DNA of 64,000 bases from Octopus vulgaris. Lineage: Eukaryota. Positions 1 through 15,200 of the stretch are shown piece by piece. Position 1 is the stretch's first letter; each line of letters starts with the position of its first letter. A model generated the notes under the pieces. The model had not been told where the DNA came from. It was given only the letters and a program-made list of their open reading frames with translations, and ran no database searches. The translations under genes and the position numbers were made by a program. The stretch lies in NCBI GenBank assembly GCA_951406725.2, contig OX597820.1, positions 90,954,001 through 91,018,000 on the forward strand, read 5' to 3'.

Positions 1-3000
1 AGAGGTTTATTTTCCGTCTTCGTGCCACATAGAAACATATTAATAATAGCGTAACTTTTCTTTAGTAACTAAAACTTATACATGCCCTCAGTAAATTAAT
101 ATTAGTCATATACAAACACAGTATATACACACGCACCGCGCACACAAAATACCTACTTGCAAATCATCCAATATGCACGTCTCTCGTATGTTTCTACCTA
201 ATTTACATCGACTTCCGTCCTTTACACGCTTCTATACCCTATTACAGTACCAGCAATCCGAGGGGCAAAAACATTATTGATGCCGTAAGAAAAAAATAAT
301 GCTTCACAGACATACATACTGCAATCACTATGCACGCATAAACATACAAACAATATACTATGCCTACATTCCTATTCGTTCACACCTCACTTATTTCATA
401 ATCCCTTTCTCGTATCTGTCAATATCTACCTCCCTCTCGTTCATCACTTTTCTTTTCCGTGATGTGCGCTATCAACGAAAACACACCATTAATTTTCGCT
501 CAATTTTAATTTTTTTTCTTTTCTCCCTTTTTGCCTGTCCAAGTACAACTGTCCAAAACATTGTTCTCATCCTCTATTTATTCCTTAAAAGGAAACTATA
601 AACTATATACTGTTTAAGTTTTTTTTTCATTCTTTACCATCTTTTTGCTTTCTAATTCCTATACAGTTTGCGGTGTGGTGATAATAACATTGAAAAAATG
701 TTGATAGCTTAGAATAAATATATAAGTCTAAGAAAACTTTAAAGAGTATGTAGGAAAATATATACAATGAAATTGTATGAGCCAACAAAATCCTTTTCAG
801 GCTCACAAAGCACGCTAAAATTAACAACCAAATTTTTATCAATAAGAAATGCACAGCATAGTGAAGCCTGAGATATACTATGTTTAAAGGAGTACGCGAT
901 AGATACATTTGGGTGGCTTTTCACTATATCTGATCATTGTGATTATACAACAGAATCATGTAGAAGTATACGGTATGGTATTCAAATGTACAGAGGCATG
1001 ATATATCTGAACTAACGCATCTTAAATATGCGCTAAGTAGTTTAACGAATTACCTAAACACTTGGTCAAGATAGACCTACTATTACATAACAACTACAAC
1101 GCATGGAAAGTTTTCAAGAAACACTATTTAGGTCGCGCTCTTTCTTCCTAACTAAGCTGTTAAACTCAAATCAAAAGAAATCCAGCCTACGTATGAATCT
1201 TAAAGAACTCTCTGATTCAAGAAAATCGAAGAGATTCTGATGGTTATATTCGACTACTTCTAGGATAAGCATTTGCATTTTGGGGACATTGAAGAAATAA
1301 TTGAGTTACGCAAGTTGAGTTACCCAATAATCTGGAAGAGATCCAAAGAATCTCAGTTCAATTTATACATTCTGAATTTCGACATGTTCTTTGTATTTAC
1401 CTCTCAGAATTGTTCTTCAGATATGGGGGTTGTAATTCTGTGAATCAAGATGATATTTTAACCTGTGAAATTCTTCAAAATGCCACTTTGCTTGCGAATT
1501 ACTTCCCTCTAAAATTTTCGTACTCTGTCGTTAATGACCAATGCATAACAAATATACTCAAAATACTAATAATTGTGCAGTTGCATTGGTGTTAGTAGTA
1601 AGATATTGGTTCCCATCGTATGCTCAGATAGTAGCTATATGCTCCAAAATGTTGTCTGTGATAGTAATTACCACATCAGTCGATAATTTCATAATAGCAA
1701 TTTCATATCAACTTCAACAAAACAAAACAAAAACGAAAAAAAATTCCACATTCCTCTGAGGTCTTCGTAGTGTGTTTTAGTTTTTCTGATGCTTAAACAT
1801 TTCAAAGTTAATGCCATTTACATAAAGAGAATGTGTAAGAGAATGTATGAATTTTTTCCAACCACCTGTTGAGCAGATAAACTGTCCGACCAATTCTGAT
1901 GTATTTTTAGTTCGCGATAATTTACACAAAGTGTTATAACATCAAACATTTTCAGGACAAAATATTGATACAAATATCATAATAATGGAACTAAAATTAA
2001 TGAAAAGAAGTATTAACATTCCACCCTATAACCATAGATTAACAACTATTGCAGAGAAATCTATGAAAACTTCTCTGACAGCAGATATCAGAAGAAACAA
2101 GGCTATGAAATTAATAGTATAATAATGCACAATTACAAAGCACACCCATAATACTTGAAATTAAAAGCATTGCCAAATAGACCAGATAGAAGAATTATAT
2201 TTACCGTTATGTATTTGCATAAATGGATGTTAGCCAAATAATTTATATTCTCATTTTTTCCTCTAATGAATTAAACATTATCACGTATAACTACAAAACT
2301 TCTGATAGCATAATACATCTGGTACAATAGGCCACGGAATTAATAATATAGTAAGAAACGTTTACAAAACACTCAAAGACTATTGAAATTGAAACCCTGT
2401 AATATAGCCGAAGAATAGTTATACTTACTGATATATATATATATGTATACGAGTATCTTTTATTTCCTTCCACTTATCCACTTATGAATTAAACATTATC
2501 ACAAATGTACAGAGAAATCGGAAAAATAGAAATTTTTATTAGTCATTTGCTTCTGGTGGTTAATTATTATAAAATATTAGGAACCAGCAACATTCTATGA
2601 AATAATCCGAGTAAACTAACAAGCATGCAAACAATTTACTAAAAACATATTGAATGAGGATTGAGGTTACATATGTTCTTTAGCTGAATAATAATTTGGA
2701 TCATAATGTTACTGTACATGATGTGAAATACATTCATGCAAGCAGATACTTTGAACTTGATTGATAGACTGGGTAATGGAGAGATGAGTGTCATGAAAAC
2801 GCTCACACACACACACGCACACACACTCACACACATACACCCCTCTCCCCTATGTGTGTGGCTTACATATCCATACAGAAACATAGATATATATTTGTGT
2901 GTGTGTGGAATATTACAGAAGCTGACATTATTCTTTGTTCTCATTAAAAAATGACAGAGCTTGGCCATATAGATACAGCGTTGTATCCCCCAAAATAATA

Positions 3001-4685
3001 AACGGCTCGAAATGGTCTCAAATAAATGCATACATGTCGAAGCTTGAAAGTCATTGACAATGGTGAGGCTGAATAACTGAATAAATGACATACAAAGGCA
3101 CAGTATTTAGAAGGATGAAACGTTCTTTACAATGAGGATTATACATGAGTTGTGGAAGGTCTACAGTATTATTTAGGCTATAGCACAACTGATTTATTTA
3201 CAAGAACCAGAATAAATGAAAAGACCAAAGTGACGTATATTCAAATGAGAATTCAGTAGAAAAAAAACTATATATCAATACAAAGATAAAATATATTAAA
3301 ACATCCCCATATAATACCAATAATAAAATGTACCTCCCATAATTCTTGATCGTTTTCTGTAATTGATGTAAGTAGGCAGTGGAAACTCTCCATCTGGATG
3401 GCATAAAAAAAGCATTATATTTTAACGGAATTACTTCAAAGGGATTATAATTGTATTATGAGATTTTTTAGCAAATGATGTTTTAACCTAAAGTAATTAG
3501 AATAGAAACCAAACATTTCAAACGTTTAAAGGATATAACTAAGAAGTTCATAAAGTGATTTATTCAATTGAAGGAACATAAAAAGACTGAAAATCTTCAA
3601 AGACAAGATAAAACCACTGAAGAACCATAATTTAAATCTTTATATCATTAGCTGCATTGATGCTACTGAAGAATATGGCAGTAGAGCACGCCGGCATTGC
3701 TATGTTTACTAACAAGTGAATCTTTGAAGAGTAAACAAACAAACTTTTCTCAAAAGCTTTATTATATACAACTGTGGGATGTACCAGCCTTGAACTCATG
3801 ATGATCTAGCATGTAAAGAGAAAGGCCGTGGCATTGTTGTTGGATATTTGTCTGAATGGTCATATAATCGCATTATTAGAGATAAAGGATCTTTCCTAAA
3901 GTAATTTTCAGTTGCGATTAAATTATTCCTCAACATTAAGATATAGACTTACTTCACTGTAATGTCAGTTAATTACTTCCAAAGCGTCATGTAAACCGAA
4001 GATTTTATACAGTAAAGCAAGACTTTCTACAGAAGTAGTAGCTGTTTCAGTAATCCAATGCCGAAATATTTGAATTAATTTTCTCACTGAGCTTTCCTTA
4101 CTTATATCCTTATTCGGCGTGACATTGACCTAGATGACGTGTTAGATTGGTATCAAATACATCATTTTTTAGTATCCAATTACTAATTCTCTATCGTTTC
4201 TATGATCAAGATATTTGTTATAACTCAGCCGAGTCTACAAGGCGTTAATTACGTTTGACGAATAGTACAATTCAATGCTAACGCTAAAGGCCTGCATTGC
4301 TGTGGATATGCTGAGTATTTCCGTGACTTGAGGTTTTGCTGACTTGAAGGTTACAAATAGTCAGAGGTCACTATAGGAATATAGCTTCGCTATAAAACAA
4401 ATTGGCATTTACACCTGGAAAGGACTGGTAGTCTATACTGCCGGCTTGTCGATTTTACGAAAGGAGAACTACACCTATTTCTTAAAACCTCTTTTACCTC
4501 TGTGATATGCGTATTACTTCACTGAAATTGCTTTTGAAATTCGATTAAAATATAATCTAATATTTATATTCGATACATATATACATATAACGCTTTTGCT
4601 CTTATTCCTAGCATTGTAGGTGTTCTAACACCCTCATTCACATTTAACGACAATTATAATTTTTTGGTGGGGTGATACGTTGCTA

Positions 4686-4753
<68 letters not shown>

Positions 4754-4766
4754 CAACAATAATATT

Positions 4767-4818
<52 letters not shown>
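4686..4818. repeat. Compound microsatellite (AAT)n + (AT)n
   Basis: Read directly. Confidence 0.95.
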
Positions 4819-4821
<3 letters not shown>

Positions 4822-6139
4822 TGCGTACAATGTGTATCGTTACTTTCCTCTGAGTACAAGTGATTAATTATTTTTTTGCCGAGTTATACAGTAAGCTATT
4901 TTTCAAATAGATAGGACAGTGCTATGAATTGAGCTAAAATCACGTGAACTGAGATTTAAAAAGTTATTCGATGTATGACGAGTATCTTCTATCGTTATAA
5001 GTTGAACAAAGTAGAAGCACAGGGCGCAGAACGTTGATGACCGTTCCAAATTTTTACGGTCTAAGTGACTGAGCTCCTCTCTGATTATAATGCAGTTCAT
5101 TATTCGTAAGATAAACGCTATACAATTCTATTAAAAGACCTCCAACTGACCGAAATCCATAGGCGACACGGAAGAACTAGCTGGTTGTTTAATCAGGAAA
5201 TGCTTTCTGTTTAGTAGCTAGTTCGACGTATTCAGAATAAGAGAATTTTAACCGATTTCGGAGAACTAGTGAGAAAACTGCAATACGTGAATATAAAGTA
5301 TAAATCTAAAATCATAGAAGCTAGCACGTGAAATGAACGTTTGTCTTGGTCTTACTTTATAGCAGACTAAAGCTCTTATCATTCAGATATAGAAATCGAA
5401 AGTCATTTGCAAGTGAATATGAAGTATTGCTTTAATACAGTTGATATTAAACTAAATTTTCGGATTATCTTAAACCTTGGATTACATACACTATAATGTT
5501 AGTTCATTGGATTATCTTTCGGAGTACGTCGATTCTTAACCTTAATGGAAAACAGATTTATTAAAGGTACACATGTACAACCTGGTTGAAATGCAAGATA
5601 CTCTTCACAGCAAACACAAGAGATTATTAATCTACCGAAGTCGTCATTTAATATCTTCGCGGATCGATAACGTGGATGCAACTTGAATATTTAGATGAAT
5701 CTAATTGACCACAACCAATACTTTCCGCAAAATTGAAGCATCATGTCGATATCAAAAATCTATATCGATGAAACTTTCTAAGGCATAAAGCTATGCATTT
5801 TCTCGGGACTAGTTAAGTAAATTTAATTGACACACCAGTATTAACAGCTACATATTTTATTGACACCCCACAATCTAAACAACCAAAGTTGATAGGATTT
5901 GAACTTACAATAATTTTATTCCCGTCTACAAATTAATAGTAAATAATAATACTTATGAATTATAAATGTATTGATCTGCAGTAAACGTAAAGACTCCTTT
6001 TTTATCTCATAGAAAACAAAAACAAAAAAAAAACGATTGGTTATCTTATTACGCAAGGCGGTTACGAATATTCAGGGAAATGCAGGAGAGGCAAATCATG
6101 CAAGTTAAAGTAATAATGGAAATCTATGATAACTCATAA

Positions 6140-6562
6140 GGCTTAGGGATGGTTGTATGGTAGAAAGTTTGTTTCCCAACAACATGACTCCGGGGTTCAG
6201 TCCCATTGCTTGGCACCTTGAAAAAGTGTCTTCTCCTACAGGCCTGAACCAACCAAAGCCTGGCGAATGAATTCGATAGATGCAAACTGAAAGAAGTCTG
6301 TCGTATTTTATGTATGTGTGAGAGAGAGGGAGTGTGTGTGTGTCTGTATGTGCCTTTGTGTTAGTGTTTGTTCCCCACCAGCGCTTGACAACCGGTGCTG
6401 GTAAGTTTACATTCCTGTAACATAACTGTTCAGCACAAGAAACATATAGAATAACTATATAGATTTACAAAAGTTCAGTACTGGGGTCAATCCAATTAAC
6501 TAAAAGTTCTTCAAGGCGGTACCCCAGAATGGCCACAGTCTAATGACTGGAATAAGTAAAAT
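6140..6562 (+). mobile_element. tRNA-derived SINE type B (CORE-like segment, internal microsatellite)
   Basis: GGTTCAGTCCCA B box, GGCACCTTG..AAGTGTCTTCT, AAACTGAAAGAAG, internal (GT)n, tail ATGGCCACAGTC..ATGACTG. Homologous to six other copies in the window. Confidence 0.8.
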
Positions 6563-7480
6563 ATGAAAAATAAAAGATAAATACTATTGTTTAATCTATT
6601 TCTAATATATACGAAAAAGCGAGAAATAAAAATGTGGTGGAAGAATTTAATAATGTATTTTCATGGAAATTGCTGTTTCTAAATATCTCATTGACTAACG
6701 AAATATAAACTAAAATGTGGTAAACATCTTTTGAAATTATTAAGAGAAATTAGACTTAAACTTAGAAAGTCATGCTGAATATATAACAACGGGATATCGA
6801 AACACACACGGACACAGATACACACACACACATATAAATACACCCATATATATGTGCCCACATGCGTATATGTTTATGTATATATATATATATATATCAG
6901 CACACAGAGGGGGAGAAAGTGAGAGATTCTGATAGTGAGACAACAACAGATATATGGCTAAATATAAACTGTTAGAACTAAAAACATTATGAGAAATGCA
7001 AATGCCAAGAAATACACAGATCACACAAACAATGTTCAAGTACCTATGTGATTAAGTAGCAGAATTTTTTTTTTAGCTAAATCAGTTTTAAAATGATAGT
7101 GAGGCAATACAATACGACTGCTATGGACAGACATTTGAATTGAAACATAACACTTATTTTTACAAACTATTTCCAAATAAGGATATACACAACCATCTAT
7201 TTACTTATCACCAGTAGATCAAATTTTAGAACTTTCTAAAAATTAAATAGTTTTTGGTATTCTATACACGATTGCCTGTGCCTATATATAAACATTTATA
7301 TATACAAAGATACATATATATATAAATACATATTTTTGCTTTATATATATATATATATATATATGTAGGTATGTATGCATACATAATATATAAATAAATG
7401 CTTATGCACGTGGGTATATGTGTGTATGAAAATTGACAATATATCTGCCTTCATGTACGTGCATACGTATATGTATGTGC

Positions 7481-7547
<67 letters not shown>

Positions 7548-7632
7548 GAGAGAGAGAGAGATACATATATATACATTATACATAAAATATTGTGTGGTTT
7601 GTATATATATAAAGATATATATATTCTCTTGC

Positions 7633-7995
7633 GTGTTTCATTCATTTGACTGAGGAAAACTGGAGGACCGCTTTTAGTCGAACGAATCGAATCCCAGACT
7701 TAATCGTTGTAAGCCAAGTACTAATTATATTGCTCTCTTTTGTCGAACCGCTATGTTAGAGAGACGTAAACACACAAATATCAGTGCTCAAGTGTTGGTG
7801 AAGGGACAAGCACACACACACATATATGTATATATATATATACATATATATACTACGGGCTTCTTTCATACTCCATCTACCAAATCCACTCACAAGGCTT
7901 TGGTTGACCCCAGGCTATAGTAGAAGACAGTTGCCAAGGTGCTACACTGTAGAGACTTAACCCAGAACCATATAGTTAGGAAGGAAGTCACTCTA
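7633..7995 (-). mobile_element. SINE type B
   Basis: ACGGGCTTCTTTCA...CTACCAAATCCACTCACAAGGCTTTGGT...GGCTATAGTAGAAGACA is the reverse complement of the type B body. Confidence 0.85.
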
Positions 7996-8922
7996 GCACA
8001 TATTATGTACTATATATTTGTGTATGTATGCATTTATATATGCCGAATAAAATAGCAATGTTTTATTAATATATACGAAAAGCACAATTTAAACAGAATA
8101 AATTATGCACATTCTATATGCTATATAAATGCCTGAGAAACTAATAAACACTCACAGAGCACACACACACAAAAACTAATACACGCACACACAAATACAC
8201 ACGCACCCACACACTCAACACAAACACACATACATACAAACACAAACACATATGTATATCTATATTATATCTATAATGTGTGCAGCTTTATCGCTCAGAG
8301 CTGCGTTTATCATTTAAATACTATTTAGAACTTTTATCCTTCATTATGTTCCAATTTTGTTCCAAGTAATTATTTTAATATAATCTGAAACACTTTACTA
8401 GTAATATCTTTCGAGACATACACATACACATCCTCACACACACACATATACATGTATGTATGTATGTATGTATCTATCTATCTACCAATCTATATATATA
8501 TATATATCTTTATTTAGTATGAAAATTGTTTCGATACTCTCTGCGACTGTCCTTTAGAGGCGAGATATTGTGCATCCAATTGTGTCGGCATCGATAAGTG
8601 CAATCTTGGTCACATAATGTACATGCATACAGAAAGTTGATCCCCGTTAGATATATTAATATAACCATGATATAACCAAGATACAGCGGGCAATAACAAC
8701 ATGCCTGTGAGAACTCAGTATATTCAGCGGGACCCGACTTTCTGTATGCATGTACCTTGTGACCCAGACTGCAATGATCGATACGACCAAATTGGATTCT
8801 GAATAACCCGCCCCTAAAGAATAATCGAAGGAGGGGTAGAAACGATCGTCATACTGAACAAAGACAAGTATCAAATGTATTCTCCGTTTCTTCCATCAAT
8901 AATTTCAAATATGTATATATAT

Positions 8923-9120
8923 AGTTGGAACTTACAAAAAAAACAAAAGACGAAGACAGGTGTATAAACAACAAACAGGTGTATTAGTATAACGCTCGTG
9001 AAGGTGAGAAAGTCTTTTACGTTTCGAGCGTACGCTCTTCAATGGAAAGGAACACGAGAAAATAAACAGAGAGAATAAAAAGAGCTTTAGTGGCTAGCGG
9101 TCGATTATGGTGATGGCCGG
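8923..9120 (-). mobile_element. Probable Penelope-like element terminal-repeat relic with a degenerate minimal hammerhead motif
   Basis: ~200-bp unique block between (TA)n tracts. Minus strand 9049-9014 reads CUUU-CCAUUGA-A-GAGC GUAC GCUC-GAAA-CG-UA-AAAG. Confidence 0.5.
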
Positions 9121-9136
9121 ATATATATATATATAC

Positions 9137-9189
<53 letters not shown>

Positions 9190-9966
9190 GAGAGAGAAAA
9201 AGAGGAAGTGAGAGATGTCAATTAGAAAAATGTCAAATCCTAAAGCAAGAAATTACCAATACATAGCAAAAAACCTGTTCAATTTTCCGGATATATTTTC
9301 TTGAACTTTTGGGTATGGTTTGAGTGGATACGTGTATCAATTGCATTTGACCAACCACCCTGAAGTTCCTGAGTTGTAAGTAGAATCGCATAGCAAAGCC
9401 TTTTTTCGAAAAGGTTCGAAGTCTAATGGAGGTATAAATTGAATGAGACGGCAGGTATTTTAAGAAGCTTATTTGACTTCAGTCATTTGCTAATTTATAT
9501 GAATGGTAAAGGAATTTTGAACTCACCTTTGTTCTGCTGAAATTATTCTCTATTGCTAGTATGTTTCTAATCTATCTTCCGGGATTACGCGTCTTGCGTC
9601 TAGTTGACTCATTTGCTGGAAGACACATTAAAACAGAGAGTCACATACGAACATGATCTCAGTATTACAAATAATTACACATTTCTTCTGTACTGCCTAA
9701 GCTTTGGTCTTGCTTACTAAAGTTAAATGTATACAAACAGTTCTATATGATACATGTCTGTGTGTGTATGATAAATATATATCTCTATACAACATAGAAT
9801 TTATGAGAATACTTATGATAAATTTTAATCAGCTATTTAGATCAAACACAAACCAAGACTTTGTCATAAAGGCAACTTTAAACTGCTTACCATTCCTTTA
9901 TCGGTTCTGTGCTTGTATTATAAGTATATATATGTGTGTGTTTACTATCTACCTATTTATTTCTCT

Positions 9967-10031
<65 letters not shown>

Positions 10032-10037
10032 CTTACA

Positions 10038-10084
<47 letters not shown>

Positions 10085-10625
10085 ACATATATATTCTTGC
10101 ATATATCTGTATATAATGAAAGTAATTAGTTATTAACACATTTTAATTATCATGAATAATAATTCCATGTTATCTGTAAGTCACACACTGTCTTTACAAA
10201 CAATTTTGGTGCAAGACCTATTATTCCTACTTTTAGTTGTTATAGTTAATAAATCAAACAAAATCCAAAGCGACAGATAATTATGTCTCATTTAACATGT
10301 CGTTTATTTTCAACGACAAATTTCACTTCGTAAATGAGATATAATAATATTCAAAGGCAACGGGCGATACTTTCACAAAGATATCCTGAAATACATCTCT
10401 TGATGTTGGAAATGTCTATAATTAAAGAGACAGAATTCTGTAAATTAAGAGAGCTGTAGTAGTTATTTCTCATTTCTTTCATTTTGAATGAAATCACTTC
10501 TCGAGTTACTTATAGAAATGATACTCTGTTCGAAATATGAAGGTTTGCATGGTAACACTTGATGCAACTGCTAGGCTGCTTAAAATACTTGTACATCGTG
10601 CTAAATTCTATATTTACTTTTGTTT

Positions 10626-10858
10626 AAGGCAGCAAGCTGGCAGAAACGTTAGCACGCCGGGCGAAATGCGTAGCCGTATTTCGTCTGTCGTTACGTTCTG
10701 AGTTCAAATTCCGCCGAGGTCGACTTTGCCTTTCATCCTTTCGGAGTCGATAAATAAAGTATCAGTTTCGCACTGTGGTCGATGTAATCGACTTAATCCC
10801 TTTGTCTGTCTTTGTTTGTCCCCTCTATGTTTAGCCCCTTGTGGGCAGTAAAGAAATA
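10626..10858 (+). mobile_element. tRNA-derived SINE type A, full length with 16-bp TSD
   Basis: A-box-like TGGCAGAAACG, B-box GAGTTCAAATTCC, core GCCTTTCATCCTTTCGG.GTCGATAAAT, tail TTTAGCCCCTTGTGGG..GTAAAGAAATA. TSD TATATTTACTTTTGTT at 10609-24 and 10859-74. Confidence 0.9.
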
Positions 10859-12069
10859 TATATTTACTTTTGTTGTGTGGACGCCCCCAGACTATGAAGT
10901 AGGCTAGCCCAATATGTAGTTATAGTGGGAGAAGTCTAGACGTCGACAAAGAGAGCAGTAGAAGAGAGCAGAGTTGAGTAAAAGTCATCCGAACGTGCGA
11001 CATAGCAACTTTATATATTCGTTGTCCAGGTGGAGACAGGAACGGTTTTTTCGCTACTCTGTTCCCTAAACCGGCTACTCATTACCAGCATTTCTTCTGG
11101 CTATACGTTCTGAGCTCAAATGCTGCTGAAATCAACTTTGTCTTTTCGGATTTCGAAGTCGATAAACTAGAAAGCACTGAAGTAAATAAAATAGGTTAGC
11201 TCCCTCCCTTCAAATTTCAGGCATTGTGTGTATAGTACAAAAAATTATTATTTAGTGTTTTGTTTTATATTTCACCTGAATTATTTTCTTTCCATTCACC
11301 TGCATTGTTTTTTTTTAGATGTTACACTCATTCGAGAGTGTCTATATTTGGAAAACACTTCTAGGAATTTTTAGTGACCAAATATATTGAGCTCAGTCCG
11401 TTTTCTTTTTCCATGCTTATTTCATCAATTTGGTATCAGAACAAAGTTATTGAGGCGTAAAGAGAAATGCAGATCCGCTTGAATAAAAAAAATAAATAAA
11501 CGAAAGAGTCACTTTAGATATGTGTATTTTGAATGGTTAAAATTGCGTCTTCCACAATTTTTTTTTTCTCGATGAACGATCTCGGATCCAGGCAATTGCC
11601 AAACATGTACCATTCTGAAATGTTACCAAAGTTTTAATTAAAATGTCTTGTTATTTCAGATTTCATCATCTTAGCTCAGCTCGTTTAACAGCTTTGGACA
11701 ATAAATTAGTAGCTGCTTCCTGGAAATAGCGCGATATCTTTTCAGATCAGATAGAGCCTCTCTCACTTCCCGTCTTTCTCTCTCCCCTTCTCGCTTCATC
11801 TCTTCATTTATCAACTTGTTCCTCTCTTTCTTTCTGCTCCTGTCTCTCTCTTTCTCTCTTTCTTTCTCTTTCTCTCTCTCTCCCTCCATTCCTCTTTTCA
11901 TTCTCTCTGTTTTGCTGTTTTATTACATGAGTTTGTTTAATGTTATTCTTTCTTAATATTCTTTGGACATGTTCAAGTTTCTCCGACCAAAATAGATGTA
12001 TATATGTATCTATATGCGTGTGTGTATGTGTGTGTGAGATTTATATCTGTGCGCGCACCCGACTCCGCA

Positions 12070-12155
12070 TATATATGTGCACACACACACATATATATAT
12101 ACATACATATATATATACATACATACATACATATATATATACATACATACATACA

Positions 12156-12244
<89 letters not shown>

Positions 12245-12245
12245 T
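12070..12245. repeat. Compound (CA)n/(TACA)n/(TA)n microsatellite
   Basis: Read directly. Confidence 0.95.
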
Positions 12246-15200
12246 AGGTAGACAGTGGAATGCGCTGAATGGTGTACTTGTTAAATGATATGTTATGAAC
12301 AAAATTTAACCGTGACTAAGTTCCACGATGAAGAGACAAATTCAGATTGTAATAAATGTAATTGGGAATATAATCGAGTCAAGTGACAATCGAGTCAAGT
12401 GACATAATCAAGACAATGTGAAAGAAATTCTTGGAGTATTGCGAAGGTAATATATAGGAAGAGTATGAAAGAACAATCTAAATAAAAACAGCAACCAAAT
12501 TCTTGATAATGTGTGTGTGTGTGCGCGTGCGTATGTCTTTAGCAGTAGTCAAATTTAGGTGAATGTTACATTTGATGATTTCGTGGGAAATCGTTCGAAT
12601 TTATATCTCGATGGTATATAAGATGAAGGAAGGCTACTTTGTATGTTGCCCGATACTCTATTGATTCTGCCAGTCTACCGCCGTAAGAGCATTGTCTTGT
12701 CACAACTGGTACAGATTTGCAGGAAAATAGCATGTTGCATTTCTTTGTAGATCTTGATATTTTGACTTTAATTCCGACGGGGTTGACTCTGCTCTTCATC
12801 CTTCCTAGATCGATAAAAATTGAGTATCATTCAATTATTCAGGTCGATTCAAATAATCTACTATACTCACCTTCCGAAACTGCAAACTTGTTTGGATGTT
12901 AGAAATCATAGAAACTGGAAAGAGATTGCTAATTACTAATGCGTTGAAGTAGGCTTCCTTGTGCCGTTATGAGTAATATTTTCTTTGGTATCTTAATTAA
13001 AGCTCTACATTCGGTTCTTTGAAGACAAGAGATGTTGCACTCATTGCTAATACCACTGCATCGTGAATACTCTTATAAATTACCATATGTGTGTTAGGTT
13101 TCACTTAATGAAGGTGCGTATTTTCCTAAAAAATATTACTGAAAGACTATTATTTAAGAAGATCATGTTCTAGAGAAATTGAACAGTAAATATTTATGTT
13201 GTTATCGTTGTAACAGTAAATGTATATGGTGTTATCGTTGAGATCATAGAGCATACAGTGAGAATGAGGGATATCGAAATATTGTATTCATATGACAGTA
13301 ACGCGTAATTGGCTCACCATCAAGCCCTTAGAACATTTAGCTAGAACCACTCTATTTTACAAGTATACGGAACATGCCTTATTTTATAGCAGGTTTCAAA
13401 TTCAATGCTTTGATTTTTTTCAGCAGTAATCCATAAGGGGAGAGTTTTTTTCTACTTTCCTCACTAACTGAAGAAAGAGGTTTAGGACACTAGTCTCTAC
13501 GACGTTTGACTACGCTGTACACAAATTATACAGGAAATAGATATAATTGTAATACGTGTAGAAAAGAATGCATCTCTGTCATGATTTAAAATTGTGAGTA
13601 AACGTTATTTCTGCAGTTTACAATGTTTTCTCTACCTTACAAGAAACACTGCAACTGCATCGTTAGTCACACTACCATGAGATGTACTTGTCTTTTATGA
13701 AAGGTTGGGTATTTTTTGCACGTCATAAAGTATGCGCAAATTATTCAAAGTGCAAGTATTTCTCGCAGCCTTGTTTTATTGATGCAATGCTGTCTTAGCT
13801 ACGTAGAGAGATGACTGACTTATAACCTATCGTAGGTTGTTGTTAAGCCTGACATTTTAACACATTAATCTACATCTGTATCCTTTTGAGGTTTGTAGAC
13901 AGAAAATATTATTGTAGATATTAAATTACATTTCAATGATTTATGATATAACATTTCAACACTTTTACTTTAATTAACCTCCTAGGAAAAAAGCAGATAA
14001 ATTATGGTGTCAGAATAAATATTTCATATAAATTTGATCAATATTATATCTATGTTTTTAAGACAAAGTGCTTACGGAAATACGAGATTTCCGGATTAAA
14101 TGCGTTAAACTATTTACGTTCCACTAGATTTCCAGCTCCAATATTACCAGAGTTGACCTTCATTTGTTAAAAAATCTTGTCTTAGTATTAGAGTAGCATC
14201 GATTAAGTTAGTAAATGATTGCGTCTCAACGAATGTCGTCCTTTAACCTTGTCAAAACACCAGTTCAATAATGACTTATTCCATTTGATGTTTTTTGTCG
14301 ACAATCACTACAAATTCAAACACAATCTTTTCTCCTTTTGTAAAGTATAACCCTTTCTTAAGAGAGACACGTGAGATATGAGAGGGGGATTTCATTTCTA
14401 TTTCTAGAAATTCAGATGACCATGTAATTTTCTTCTGTTGGCTATTATATTTATGAAAATATCTGGAGCTTCTAGTTTGTGAATACTGACAGTAATTTTA
14501 CACTTTCGTTTAGTTCAATGAGTTATATTTCCTTCTGTCCTCTCTTACATTGCAGGAGGAGGGGGATATTTTAACTCCTCTAGAATGGCAACTGTGACAA
14601 CTATCACCAACAGACTTTTTCACCGTGACTCTAACACCTTTTCCTCTGGATTGTCTTTTCTCCTCTGTGAATAATATTCATTTGTAAAGACTAACTTCAA
14701 CTTGGCACAACATTCTCCAACATAAACACTGTTTTCCTTTTCACAGCAAGTTTTTGCCGTGTCATCAATAACAATATTCCAAGAGTGTAATAAATCCTGA
14801 TTTAATCTAAAGTGCTTTGCGTTTTACAAATAACTATTCATATAACTCATGGAGACTGGAAGTACTGATCTGTTGAAATATAATATAATTAACAACTATC
14901 ATTTTGTGGATGATACTGGATACATCTTTAGGTAGTTGTCAATTATAATAGCCAATGTTTTTCACTCAGGTTAAATTACTCAAAAAACAAAAAAAGGATT
15001 AGTATTTTAAGGCGAAATAATCCAGCTAGAATTCTACATAGGGTCAAACACACACAACACACTTAGAACGACCAGTTAACATTTGATGAGGTTGTGACAA
15101 ATCATTTCAGTTAATATAATTAAAGTGCGCCCTTTATATAAATTTGATGAGCAATATAAATTCAGGAAATAAATGTTTTTATAAACATAGTTATCTAAAT

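Noticed and set aside
12372-12403. 16-bp tandem duplication AATCGAGTCAAGTGAC x2
   Set aside because: Real but an ordinary slippage duplication with no functional signal.
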